A stretch of DNA of 64,000 bases, taken from contig CBDDIJ010000003.1 in assembly GCA_965228855.1 (NCBI GenBank), positions 1,088,001 through 1,152,000 of the forward strand, in the 5' to 3' direction. The stretch's first letter is position 1; each line of letters opens with the position of its first letter. The stretch is from Candidatus Obscuribacterales bacterium (GTDB lineage: Bacteria > Cyanobacteriota > Vampirovibrionia > Obscuribacterales > Obscuribacteraceae). The position numbers were made by a program, and so were the translations under genes. The notes under the pieces are model-generated. The model did not search any database and was not told where the DNA came from. It was given only the letters and a program-made list of their open reading frames with translations. Positions 48,941-58,646 of this stretch are shown piece by piece.

Positions 48941-49900
48941 GTGCGAAGTCGCCAAGAGTCTACCATCGAAGTGGGATTGCCAAGAGTGGCGCGCAAGCTG
49001 TTTCACCGCTGGAGTTTCGATTTGTCGGCCGAGTTGATTACCGGATTTGTAATGGTCACAGCCATGTACTTCGTCCTGGCTCCCCGGTTCAACACATACC
49101 TCTATAGAGCGTTGCTGTTTTTTCCCTCCCGATTCCCTCCCGACTTTGAAGGTGTTCCGGCGCTCGAGTGTGTTGCTGGTGAAGACGTCTACTTCAAAGG
49201 GAGCATGGGGCAGACTCTCAACGGGTGGTACTTTCACAAGGGTGACAGCGAATATCACATTCTGTTCAGTCACGGTAACTCTGGAAACCTGACTATCCGC
49301 CACCATCTGACAAAGTTGATGCTGCGATCTGGATACTCAGTGTTTGTCTACGACTATCAGGGCTTCGGTAGGAGCAGCGGCAAACCTACTATTCATGGGA
49401 TCTGTAGCGATGGTGAAGCCGCTTATGATTATCTCGTGAACGAACGAGGTGTCGATCCCAGCAAAATCGTTCTCTATGGAGAGTCTCTAGGATGTTCGGT
49501 TGCGTCGCATTTGTCGACGGTACGCTCGTGCCAGGGATTGATCCTTCAATCCGGTTTCTCTTCTCTTGTGCGCATAGCATGCAAGCATTTTCCGCTGCTC
49601 TATGCTTATCCGCCGTCTCTGTATCCGAAGCCGGCGCTCGATAACTTGACTATTGTGAAAAACTCGAAGGTGCCACTTCTCTTTATTCATGGGGATCTCG
49701 ACAGAGTCATTCCCGTTCAACACGCAGTTGATATGTACGAGGCTGCTCCTGGTGTGAAACATTTTGTGCGCTTGCCAGGCACCGCCCATGGTGACATATG
49801 GAGTACGGCCGAGAAAGAATACCTGGATGCACTCGGTGCATTCCCGCAGAATTTCGCTCCGCTAACAGCGTCTCAATCCGTCGATCGTTATCCTGTTTAA
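48941..49900 (+). CDS. Alpha/beta hydrolase (ABHD13/17-like)
   Basis: HGNSG, DYQGFG.S, nucleophile GESLG, HG..D and AH.D; exact start uncertain. Confidence 0.88.
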   Translation: MRSRQESTIEVGLPRVARKLFHRWSFDLSAELITGFVMVTAMYFVLAPRFNTYLYRALLFFPSRFPPDFEGVPALECVAGEDVYFKGSMGQTLNGWYFHKGDSEYHILFSHGNSGNLTIRHHLTKLMLRSGYSVFVYDYQGFGRSSGKPTIHGICSDGEAAYDYLVNERGVDPSKIVLYGESLGCSVASHLSTVRSCQGLILQSGFSSLVRIACKHFPLLYAYPPSLYPKPALDNLTIVKNSKVPLLFIHGDLDRVIPVQHAVDMYEAAPGVKHFVRLPGTAHGDIWSTAEKEYLDALGAFPQNFAPLTASQSVDRYPV

Positions 49901-50080
49901 AGCTTCAAATCCTCGAAGAGCATTATCACGCTCGCCTCAAGAATCATTTCCTGGCAGCATGATGTGGTATTCACTGCAAGTTCACGCCTGGCCTGTTAAT
50001 TTCGTATTAGCAGGTGGGAACCGACACGATTCATACCCGTCACGTAACCAACTTTCCCAATCGAAAAAATCGGAGAAACA

Positions 50081-52480
50081 ATGGTAGATTCACGTAATCC
50101 CAATCTCTCGGCTGGAGCGACCAATTTCGCAAGTTCTGAGGAGGGTTGGCGCCAGAATCTGGGTCGGTCTAATCTAAACGGATTGCGGACTTGCTGGTTC
50201 ACAGGCAAGGAACCGGTCTATGGGAAGTGTCCAGGAGTTCGTGCAGATGGATCTATCACTTCGCTGCCGATGCCTGATCTCTCAACATGCACGAGAGACG
50301 AAGTGCGAGATTACTTTGATAACTCATGGACGATAACCGAGATATTGTTCTCCGCTCTGAATCAGGAGGAGGCGTTTTATCGACCTCCCTATCATACGCT
50401 TCGCCATCCGCTAATTTTCTACTACGGTCATCCGGCTGCTTTGTACGTCAACAAACTGCGTGTGGCCGGACTGATAGATTCAGCGATCAATTGGAACTTT
50501 GAGAGCCTGTTTGAGACAGGCGTTGACGAGATGTCCTGGGATGACATGTCGAAAAACGAAATTGTTTGGCCTCGAATTGAGCTGGTCCATGAATTTCGGA
50601 AAAAGGTTTATGAAACTGTATGTGGTGTCATAGAGGACCATCCGGACCTGGCAGTCGGTCATGGACTTATAGATCAGCAGCATCCGCTGTGGGCGCTGTT
50701 TATGGGCTTCGAGCACGAGAGAATTCATATTGAAACCACTTCAGTCTTGATCAGGGAATTACCCGTAGATCTTGTCGAAGTTCCTCTGCATTGGCCATCG
50801 TTGCATTCGTCCGCTCACCAGGATGAAGTTGCCGTTCCCCTGACAGGTCGAGATTTCCCTGATAACCACATGGTTTTAATCGATCCTCAAATCGTGGAGA
50901 TCGGTAAACCGGCAGAATTCCCTTCGTATGGTTGGGACAATGAGTACGGACATAAGCTAGCATCTGTTGCTGAGTTCGAGGTCAGCACGCAGCTGATTAG
51001 CAATGGCGAGTTTTATGCATTCGTTTCCACTGGTGGCTACTCAGATAAGTCATTCTGGACCGAAGAAGGTTGGAGATGGCGCGCTTATCGAAACACTAAA
51101 TTCCCCACATTCTGGGTTCCTTCCGGACCGATTGGATCTCATCGCTATCGGTTGCGCACCACATTTGAGGTCATCCCGATGCCCTGGTCCTGGCCGGTTG
51201 TAGTAAATCACTATGAGGCGAAGGCGTTTTGCAACTGGTTGGCGAGTCGGGATTCAAAAGGGCGCAACCATCGCTTGATTTCAGAGCAAGAGCACCAGGC
51301 TATTCGGAAGAAAGCCGGCATATCGAATTACTCTGCCGACTCTTGTCCCGCCAATCTTGACCTGAGATGGGGATCTGAGTCACCGGTCTACTCGCATCCG
51401 ACCGAGATCGGAATTTCGGATGTATTCGGAAACGTCTGGCAGTGGTGCGAGGATGACTTCAATCCGCTACCGGAATTTCGCATTCATCCATACTATGACG
51501 ATTTCAGCACACCCTGCTTCGACGGCGAGCACAAAATGATAATGGGTGGGTCGTTCATTAGTACGGGAGACGAAGCTTCGCCCTGGGCTCGTTTTCACTT
51601 CCGTCCACACTTCTTTCAGCACGCTGGTTTCAGAGTAGTATCCAGTTCTGTCACCAATGATGGTGGCGCAGTTCTTATTGGTAAAGGCGACGAGCATCCA
51701 TATGAAACTCAGAAGATGCTCTCTGATTACCTGTTGCTGCACTTCGGTGATTCAGAGCAGCAGATGCCTTTTATGAACGAGCTTAATGGAGCGACGAAAT
51801 TTCCCAAGCGCTGTTCTGACCTGGTCACTGAATGGGCTGACAAGATCGGTTTGACTTGTAACCGCGCTCTCGATATTGGTTGCGCAGTAGGTGGTGCGTC
51901 ATTTGAACTTGCCAAATCTTTCAGGAGTGTGACCGCGGTCGATATCAGTCAGAAATTCATCGAGACAGCAAACTCATTGAAGAAGACAGGAGAGTTAGCG
52001 TTCGAACTCGTTGAAGAGGGTCAAATTACTTCCAGCCATCACGTTCGCATCGATGACTTAGACAGAGATAGAGTGGAATTTCGCAGAGCGGATGCATGCT
52101 CTCTTCCACCGGAGTTTGTAGATTTCGACGCAGTTCTAATCGCAAACGTTCTATGTCGAATCTCAAGTCCAATGTCGCTTCTTAATCGACTTGCCGGAGA
52201 CCGCGGAATTGTGAAACCAGGAGGGCTAGTGGTTATGACCACTCCGTTTACCTGGATGGAAGAATTCACTCCGCGCGAAGTATGGCTCGGTGGCTTTGTC
52301 GACAAGGACGGAGCTCCGAGATATTCAATTGACGGGTTGAAAAAAGCGATGTCACCTCACTTTGAACTTCTGCACGAAGCTGACATGCCTCTACTTATTA
52401 GAGAGCACCGCCGGAAGTATCAGTTAATTTTCACAAAAGCAACGGTATGGCAGCGCAAATCACAGGATGTTTCGAACTAG
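50081..52480 (+). CDS. ovoA: Ovothiol biosynthesis protein OvoA (5-histidylcysteine sulfoxide synthase + N-methyltransferase)
   Basis: RHPLIFYYGH, GVDEMSWDD, Fe-binding HERIHIE (Hx3HxE), FGE-like GWDNEYG / GNVWQW / YDDFS / RPHFFQHAGFR, and C-terminal SAM-methyltransferase LDIGCAVG. Confidence 0.92.
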   Translation: MVDSRNPNLSAGATNFASSEEGWRQNLGRSNLNGLRTCWFTGKEPVYGKCPGVRADGSITSLPMPDLSTCTRDEVRDYFDNSWTITEILFSALNQEEAFYRPPYHTLRHPLIFYYGHPAALYVNKLRVAGLIDSAINWNFESLFETGVDEMSWDDMSKNEIVWPRIELVHEFRKKVYETVCGVIEDHPDLAVGHGLIDQQHPLWALFMGFEHERIHIETTSVLIRELPVDLVEVPLHWPSLHSSAHQDEVAVPLTGRDFPDNHMVLIDPQIVEIGKPAEFPSYGWDNEYGHKLASVAEFEVSTQLISNGEFYAFVSTGGYSDKSFWTEEGWRWRAYRNTKFPTFWVPSGPIGSHRYRLRTTFEVIPMPWSWPVVVNHYEAKAFCNWLASRDSKGRNHRLISEQEHQAIRKKAGISNYSADSCPANLDLRWGSESPVYSHPTEIGISDVFGNVWQWCEDDFNPLPEFRIHPYYDDFSTPCFDGEHKMIMGGSFISTGDEASPWARFHFRPHFFQHAGFRVVSSSVTNDGGAVLIGKGDEHPYETQKMLSDYLLLHFGDSEQQMPFMNELNGATKFPKRCSDLVTEWADKIGLTCNRALDIGCAVGGASFELAKSFRSVTAVDISQKFIETANSLKKTGELAFELVEEGQITSSHHVRIDDLDRDRVEFRRADACSLPPEFVDFDAVLIANVLCRISSPMSLLNRLAGDRGIVKPGGLVVMTTPFTWMEEFTPREVWLGGFVDKDGAPRYSIDGLKKAMSPHFELLHEADMPLLIREHRRKYQLIFTKATVWQRKSQDVSN

Positions 52481-52508
52481 CCCAGCGCAGTAAACGCGTA
52501 TCGGTTAG

Positions 52509-52838
52509 CTATCGCAGAAATTTGAGCGCGCCTTCGACGTGGACGGTGACGAGGTCTTCTTTCATAAGTGCAGTTCCTTCGAACTCGTAACAGGGACCGG
52601 CGTTGTCGACGACTCGGAATGTCTGCACACCGCTGGGTGCAGAACTCAGCTGTTGTACGAGATTGCTGCCCTGCCCGGGCTCGTTGGTCAATGAAACGAC
52701 CATTGGTCTTGTTTTTGTGCCGCCAATCGACGCGGTGGTCCACGGTTCGCGAATTAACAAATCTCTAGAGACTTCGATGACCATACGCTTATGCTCCTGG
52801 TGCTGGTCGACTGGTCGCTGGATGCCACTTTCCAGCAC
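52509..52838 (-). CDS. Small hypothetical protein (start may be ATG 52784)
   Basis: Fills the intergenic gap; AGGAG upstream of ATG 52784. Confidence 0.5.
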   Translation of the reverse strand: MLESGIQRPVDQHQEHKRMVIEVSRDLLIREPWTTASIGGTKTRPMVVSLTNEPGQGSNLVQQLSSAPSGVQTFRVVDNAGPCYEFEGTALMKEDLVTVHVEGALKFLR

Positions 52839-53016
52839 CTCAGAGCCAGACGGCGGGTTTCTGGCAAAGATAATAACCCATTACAACTACATGCGAGGCG
52901 ATTTTCGATTTTTCTCATCTGCGGCATAATGGTCTTTAGTCCCACCCGGAATAACAGACTGAAATTCATTCCACTCAAGAATATCTACTGCCTAAGGTCG
53001 CCGCGAGAGAGGTTCT

Positions 53017-54693
53017 ATGCCGCCAGAAGTTGTTCCTCAGGAGGAATTGAAAATCCCGAACGGCTGGATGGTCGGTGGGTCTCGACCTCGATACTTTGAC
53101 ATTGGTGTAACCTCTGAGCAGAAGCACAGCGGTACACAGTGCGCGATGATTCGTTCAAGGGTTGAGAATTGCGAAGACTTCGGCACTCTCGTTCAGAATA
53201 TTGATGCGGCTCCCTACAGAGGTCGCCATGTTTCACTGACGGCGTTTATAAAATCTAGCGATGTGAAGTCATTCGCCGGACTCTGGATGCGGATTGATGC
53301 GAGTGGGAAGGTTGTCGGTTTTGACAACATGCAAGATCGTCCAATTATGGGAACTAGGGATTGGACGAAATACGAAGTAATGCTCTATGTTCCGCAGGAG
53401 AGCGACAACATTGGTTTTGGCGTTTTGATGACGGGAACCGGCACGGTTTGGTTCGATGATTTTGAAATTAAAATAGTCAGTGGCGATGTGCAGACAACAG
53501 GCGGGCAAAACCGTTCTTGCGGAATTCAGTATCAACAGTCTTGTCCAACCAATCTTGATTTCGCGCAGGGTGCTTATAAGGAGAAGCCAGTCGGAGACTG
53601 GGACAACGTACCTCAAGGCTGGTTTGTTCAACGCAAAGATCCGTCCTTCTTTGTCGGATTGAAAGAATTGAAAACTGGGGCCGGAGTTGAAACAGTCGCG
53701 TGCATTCGCAATACATCCAAAGAGATCGAGGCTGACGGATTTGGCACGCTGCTGCAGTCTATTGAAGCAACTCACCTTGCCGGAAAACGCATTCGTTTAG
53801 CCGCCAAGGTTAAAGGTAATGGTATCGAAGTTGGTGGCGGCTTATGGTTGCGAGTTGACGCCGGTTGGGACCTCGCTGTTTGTTATGACTACATGGACGA
53901 TCGCAAGATCAAGGGAACTACAGATTGGACAGAGTATCAATGTGTAGTCGACGTTCCTGAAGATAGTGACAACATTTACTTTGGCGCGCTTCTGGTCGGA
54001 CGAGGCGAGATGTGTGTCAAAGACTTCGCTCTGGATATGGTCACATCAAAGACACCGACAACCGGTGACCGAGGCTCTCTCGAAGATCGAGAGAGGGCAA
54101 AGTGGCCCAATCGGAAAGAGATCAATTCCGAACCACTGAATTTAGACCTCCGAGCGAACAAAGAAGGGCTGCCGAGTGGCTGGATCGCCAGAGGCAGCAA
54201 TCCTGAGCGATTCGAGATGAAAATTGACTCGGCTCAGAACTATGAAGGCAAACCATGCGCGGTCATTTCTGCTAAGAGGAGCTATGATGACGGTTTTGGC
54301 ACGCTCATGCAAAATGTCGAGCCTTCGCATTTCAAAGCAAAGCGAGTCCGTTTTTCCGCTTATGTGAAAACCGAAGATGTGGAGCATGCCGCGCTGTGGA
54401 TGAGAGTCGACGGAGCCGATGGTAACTTTATCGCGTTTGACAACATGCAGGAGCGCGCGTTATCCGGTTGCAACGATTGGGGACGGTTTGAAATTGTTCT
54501 CGATGTCGCAGATGAGGCTACTAATCTAGCTTTCGGCGTACTGATGACTCCGCGAGGAAAAGTCTGGATTGCCGATGCTGCACTCGATACTGTTTCAGTC
54601 GATATCGAACTTACCGAAACGCGAAACCTGCTCGAAGTTAAGGCTGCGCCTACGAACCTCAATTTCGAAGACACCGAGCCGGCTGCCGAATAG
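53017..54693 (+). CDS. Protein of three tandem galactose-binding-like beta-sandwich domains
   Basis: Three copies of GW...FGTL.Q...G.R.R..A..K...LW.RVD......D.M..R...G..DW.....DV......FG.L; GAGG RBS. Confidence 0.8.
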   Translation: MPPEVVPQEELKIPNGWMVGGSRPRYFDIGVTSEQKHSGTQCAMIRSRVENCEDFGTLVQNIDAAPYRGRHVSLTAFIKSSDVKSFAGLWMRIDASGKVVGFDNMQDRPIMGTRDWTKYEVMLYVPQESDNIGFGVLMTGTGTVWFDDFEIKIVSGDVQTTGGQNRSCGIQYQQSCPTNLDFAQGAYKEKPVGDWDNVPQGWFVQRKDPSFFVGLKELKTGAGVETVACIRNTSKEIEADGFGTLLQSIEATHLAGKRIRLAAKVKGNGIEVGGGLWLRVDAGWDLAVCYDYMDDRKIKGTTDWTEYQCVVDVPEDSDNIYFGALLVGRGEMCVKDFALDMVTSKTPTTGDRGSLEDRERAKWPNRKEINSEPLNLDLRANKEGLPSGWIARGSNPERFEMKIDSAQNYEGKPCAVISAKRSYDDGFGTLMQNVEPSHFKAKRVRFSAYVKTEDVEHAALWMRVDGADGNFIAFDNMQERALSGCNDWGRFEIVLDVADEATNLAFGVLMTPRGKVWIADAALDTVSVDIELTETRNLLEVKAAPTNLNFEDTEPAAE

Positions 54694-54784
54694 TTGCAGT
54701 TTACAAAGACTTCCTTGATACCGGACTGTTTAACGCACTTAATCGTCTAAACTGTTGGGCGCAGCAGTATTCAGGAGTTAAATT

Positions 54785-55651
54785 ATGCGCGACCCTAACG
54801 TTCCCGAGTCCCTGGAAGGCTGGTGGATTCTTCACCGCATGTACGCGTTCGATCGCCTGGCCTGGGATGAGTTGGCCCAGTCCGTGAAAGACGAAATCGT
54901 CGCTGATGCTTTGAAGGCGCTTAAGCCATTCAAAGAAAGTAAAGACAGTGACGTCGGCTTGGCGCAAATGGTCGGGCACAAAGCTGATCTCATGCTCACG
55001 CACTATAGCCGTGACTACGACAGTTTGGCTCATGCGCAAATGGCATTTGATAAAACCAAACTCGCCGAATACCTTACGCCAGGCATCTCATACACGTCGA
55101 TTCTCGAACTCGGAATGTACGAGGCAACGGGCAAGATTCATGCCGCCCTTGCAGAACAAGGGCTGAAGCCGGGTTCGCCCGAATTCAACGAGGCATTCGA
55201 TGCTGCTGTTAAGAAAGAGGAACTCAATCCGCGCCATGCGAGCCGCGTATGGGCCCGAATTCCTGAGCGCAGATACGTTTGTTTCTATCCGATGGATAAG
55301 CGACGCGGTGAAGACGTCAACTGGTATGCCTTGCCGTTCGAAGAACGCGGGAAGTTGATGCTTGAGCACGGGAAAATTGGCCGCACCTATCATGGTCTCG
55401 TAACACAGGTAATCTCAGGCTCCATCGGCTTTGACACCTATGAGTGGGGCGTCGATCTCTACGCAGACGATCCAATTGTCTTTAAGAAGCTCATCTACAC
55501 CATGCGTTTCGATGAGGCCAGTTCAAAATATGGCGTGTTCGGCGATTTCTACTCAGGATTGCAGTTCTCTCTAGACCAACTCGCCACCTTCCTTGACGGC
55601 AACGAAGTTCCAAAACTGAATGTTCTGGAAACCGCCGGTCGACCCGCATAA
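54785..55651 (+). CDS. chdC: Coproheme decarboxylase (HemQ/ChdC; chlorite dismutase family)
   Basis: EGWW.LH, G.KADL, CFYPMDKRR, NWY.LP.EER..LM.EHG..GR and Q..SGS.G....EWGV.L; distal Gln rather than the Arg of true chlorite dismutases. Confidence 0.82.
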   Translation: MRDPNVPESLEGWWILHRMYAFDRLAWDELAQSVKDEIVADALKALKPFKESKDSDVGLAQMVGHKADLMLTHYSRDYDSLAHAQMAFDKTKLAEYLTPGISYTSILELGMYEATGKIHAALAEQGLKPGSPEFNEAFDAAVKKEELNPRHASRVWARIPERRYVCFYPMDKRRGEDVNWYALPFEERGKLMLEHGKIGRTYHGLVTQVISGSIGFDTYEWGVDLYADDPIVFKKLIYTMRFDEASSKYGVFGDFYSGLQFSLDQLATFLDGNEVPKLNVLETAGRPA

Positions 55652-55698
55652 AATCTCAAAAGCCCGCGCTGTAAGCGGTCGCGGGGTTTGCAACCTGC

Positions 55699-55741
55699 TG
55701 TCCCGGGGTACGTTATTTTAGACGTCCCCGGGACATTTTTT
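55699..55741 (+). terminator. Intrinsic terminator after chdC
   Basis: TGTCCCGGGG...CCCCGGGACA stem followed by TTTTTT; a second GC hairpin lies at about 55663-55685. Confidence 0.65.
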
Positions 55742-58595
55742 GACGGGAAACAATATTCCTTTGAGTAAAACAGAAACAGCCCCGAAAGATATTGTGGAGA
55801 AGGCTCCGAAGACCGATGACGTCGGCAGAGAGACTCGTGACCGGTTGCTTCAAGATGCTCTGGGTGAGCGTCAACCGATTGTGGATAGCTCGTCAGCGGA
55901 TTTGAAAAATGCTCGGGCGACGGAAGGGAAGCCCATTGTCGATGGACTTCCGCAAGTCGAAGTAACCGATGACACAGCAAATAGTGCCGATGAAATTGCT
56001 GAGTCCGGAGCTGGAGAGTCTAAGCTATCTGACAATTTCGAGTATAAAACTCAGCCGTCAGAAACCATCGTCTCCTCGGATCAATCTCTGGCTGCTCTGG
56101 CAAACTCATTGGCGCCGGGCTTTTATGGTGACGCCTATCCAGAATACGCTCGCGATCCGTTCGTGCTACGACAGTTTGAAAAGGCTTTCACACAGGCGCT
56201 GGCCTTTGCCAACGGTATATCACCGGATGCATCTGTTTCGCAAGGCGATAAGCTGATTGTTCCAGGACGAAATTCGGAGGGCGAGCCGCTATTTGCCAAA
56301 GATGGCATTAAGCGCCAGTGGGGCTCTAATACGGTAGACACACTCGAAAAGGATAATACTCGGCGCACTCAGTTCGACGACGGCACTCTATTTGTTTACA
56401 AACCTGATGGTACCTCTATCAGAACAGATGTTCTTGGTGTCGTTGAAACGTCAAAAACTCTGCCGGATGGAACATTCCAACGAGAGAGAAGCGACGGGAC
56501 CTACGAGAAGAGATTCACCGATGGCTCGTCCGAGCAGGGTGGATTAAATGGAGTAAAGAGTAGGGTTGCGACCGACGGGACCATAACTACGTCTTATCGC
56601 AACGGCGAGATCTCGACTCTGAAGCCTGATGGAACGCAGATATTTGTCGATAAAGACAAATCCGTTATGACGACTCTGCCAGACGGAACTTCTCGCACTG
56701 TTAATGAAAACGGGCACCTCATCGGACTGGGTGTTTTTGGAAACGAGATTGGTATCAAGTTCAAAGCCGGTGATGATCCGAAGCGTGATAGTGTCGTTAC
56801 CGGTCGCGTCAGACCTGAGTGGAACTTCACTCTTTCTACCGACAAAGATGGAGACGTAGAAGTGACCGAGGGAGAACCGCCTCGAGCGCTGCATGCGGTT
56901 AGCGACGGTGACTTTAAGTCGCTAACTGAATCGCGCACAGAACTGTTCCAAAAAGCGGAATCAAACTACGATGACCCGATCGCGAGCGTGAAGTTTAAAG
57001 CTGATCTGATCAGGTTCGAGAACCGTGCCAAAGAACGAGGATTGAGTTCTGATGAGGTTCTTTCCGTTTACAAAGACCTTGATAGACTATTGACGCCCAC
57101 TTCGGACGCAAAAATTGACGACAAAGGACGGGCTCAAATTGCCGCGGAATTGGCCGGAGATCTCGCCTCCCCGTACACTATTGCACAGGGCGCTCACGGC
57201 ACTTGTAACGTGAAAATCCTGCAGGTCATGATGTCTGCCAAGCATCCGGAGCGCGTTGCGAGCTTGATTACCGAAGCCTCGATGACTGGACAGCATACAC
57301 TTCCGTCTGGACGAGTGATTACACTCCCTGAAGGTACGTTGACACCTCACAACGATGCGATCGGATATCCCAGTCAAAACGGTGCCAGGGGATTTGCCGG
57401 ACAAGTATTCGACTCTGCCGCAGTCAATACTCTGTATCAGGTGGAGAACAGAGGTTATCGATTCGATCAGCTTGAGCCCGATCCGTCCATGAGAGGGTAC
57501 AAAAGGGGCGACATCATGGTGGATAACGAAACCGGGAAGCCACTCACGGACCCGATTACCGGAAACGTTAAGGAGTTCAATGGACTATACGCACCTGAAA
57601 TTGTAGATATCTACAAGCAATTGATGGGTGACTCAAAATCAAATGAAGACTGGCTGCTCGATCCGAATTACCCGGCCGCTGATACTACTGATGGTATCAA
57701 GACATTCGAATCACCAGAAGAGCTGTCAGCAATACTTAAGGACCTGAAGCAGCAAGGGCAATTCCCATACCCGATTCATGTGAATACAAGAATGGCACCA
57801 TTCTGGGCTGATTCCTCCGGAGGGCTAGCTGGTGGAAGCGGAGGTGCTCATGTGCTGAATATCGCCGACTACGACCCCGTAACTAATTCAGTTCTAATCG
57901 ATAATCAATGGTCTAGCTACAACGATCGGCTCGACCCATCAAAGGCAATTCCGGTCGATAAATTGTTCTCTGCTTCAGTAGATAGCTCTAAACTGTTTTC
58001 GCTTATAAGCGATGAATCAAAAGCTCAGGCCGGCGATGACTTCGAGCTTAGAGATCGCTTGATACTGAATAAACTTAATGATGCACTAAAAGATGCTGAC
58101 CCGAATCTACTTCGCATTGAATATGACACCTACTCCCGAAGTTTGGGTCTGGAGTTAGCTGGTACTAAACATGGCGATCCATCCAACGTCGAAATGATGA
58201 GTCTGTATCGCAACCTGAACCCAATTGGAAAACTTGCCGTGTTGCAGTCGGTCACTCGGGCGGTCACTACAGACGGTGGCGAACCCCAGTCGTTTAGCGC
58301 TGGTCAGTATAAGACAGAAGTTGTTTCGCTCGCAGCTGAGTTTGGAATGTCCTTTCCGCACATCATTCGAGGACTTCAGACCCAGCCTCAGACAGTCGAA
58401 GACGGGATACTCGCACATGTGATTGATGGCGCCGCTCCGGGCAAAGAAGCGTATAACAAGGGTCGACTAGACGTGATCAGACTTCTTTCAAGTATGCCAG
58501 AGGCAACACGAAACAAGATCCTTGATGCAATTCAGGTAGACTCTGACCGGCGCCAGCGAGAGGCGCGCGAATTCGCCGCTAAATACGCCGAATAG
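55740..58595 (+). CDS. Large protein with LysM-like segment, xPDG beta-hairpin repeats and a putative papain-like peptidase domain
   Basis: ANGIS....VSQGDKLIVP; repeated [T/K/L]PDG[T/S]; QGAHGTC, GAHVLNI and IDNQW motifs; exact start uncertain. Confidence 0.7.
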   Translation: MTGNNIPLSKTETAPKDIVEKAPKTDDVGRETRDRLLQDALGERQPIVDSSSADLKNARATEGKPIVDGLPQVEVTDDTANSADEIAESGAGESKLSDNFEYKTQPSETIVSSDQSLAALANSLAPGFYGDAYPEYARDPFVLRQFEKAFTQALAFANGISPDASVSQGDKLIVPGRNSEGEPLFAKDGIKRQWGSNTVDTLEKDNTRRTQFDDGTLFVYKPDGTSIRTDVLGVVETSKTLPDGTFQRERSDGTYEKRFTDGSSEQGGLNGVKSRVATDGTITTSYRNGEISTLKPDGTQIFVDKDKSVMTTLPDGTSRTVNENGHLIGLGVFGNEIGIKFKAGDDPKRDSVVTGRVRPEWNFTLSTDKDGDVEVTEGEPPRALHAVSDGDFKSLTESRTELFQKAESNYDDPIASVKFKADLIRFENRAKERGLSSDEVLSVYKDLDRLLTPTSDAKIDDKGRAQIAAELAGDLASPYTIAQGAHGTCNVKILQVMMSAKHPERVASLITEASMTGQHTLPSGRVITLPEGTLTPHNDAIGYPSQNGARGFAGQVFDSAAVNTLYQVENRGYRFDQLEPDPSMRGYKRGDIMVDNETGKPLTDPITGNVKEFNGLYAPEIVDIYKQLMGDSKSNEDWLLDPNYPAADTTDGIKTFESPEELSAILKDLKQQGQFPYPIHVNTRMAPFWADSSGGLAGGSGGAHVLNIADYDPVTNSVLIDNQWSSYNDRLDPSKAIPVDKLFSASVDSSKLFSLISDESKAQAGDDFELRDRLILNKLNDALKDADPNLLRIEYDTYSRSLGLELAGTKHGDPSNVEMMSLYRNLNPIGKLAVLQSVTRAVTTDGGEPQSFSAGQYKTEVVSLAAEFGMSFPHIIRGLQTQPQTVEDGILAHVIDGAAPGKEAYNKGRLDVIRLLSSMPEATRNKILDAIQVDSDRRQREAREFAAKYAE

Positions 58596-58646
58596 CGTCC
58601 TCTCGAGCACTCCGGTCATGTCTGGCTTTTAACGCTACGCTCTAGT

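Noticed and set aside
54785..55651. True chlorite dismutase / perchlorate respiration
   Set aside because: It lacks the distal Arg and has ChdC-type Tyr/Lys/Gln residues; no pcr genes are present.
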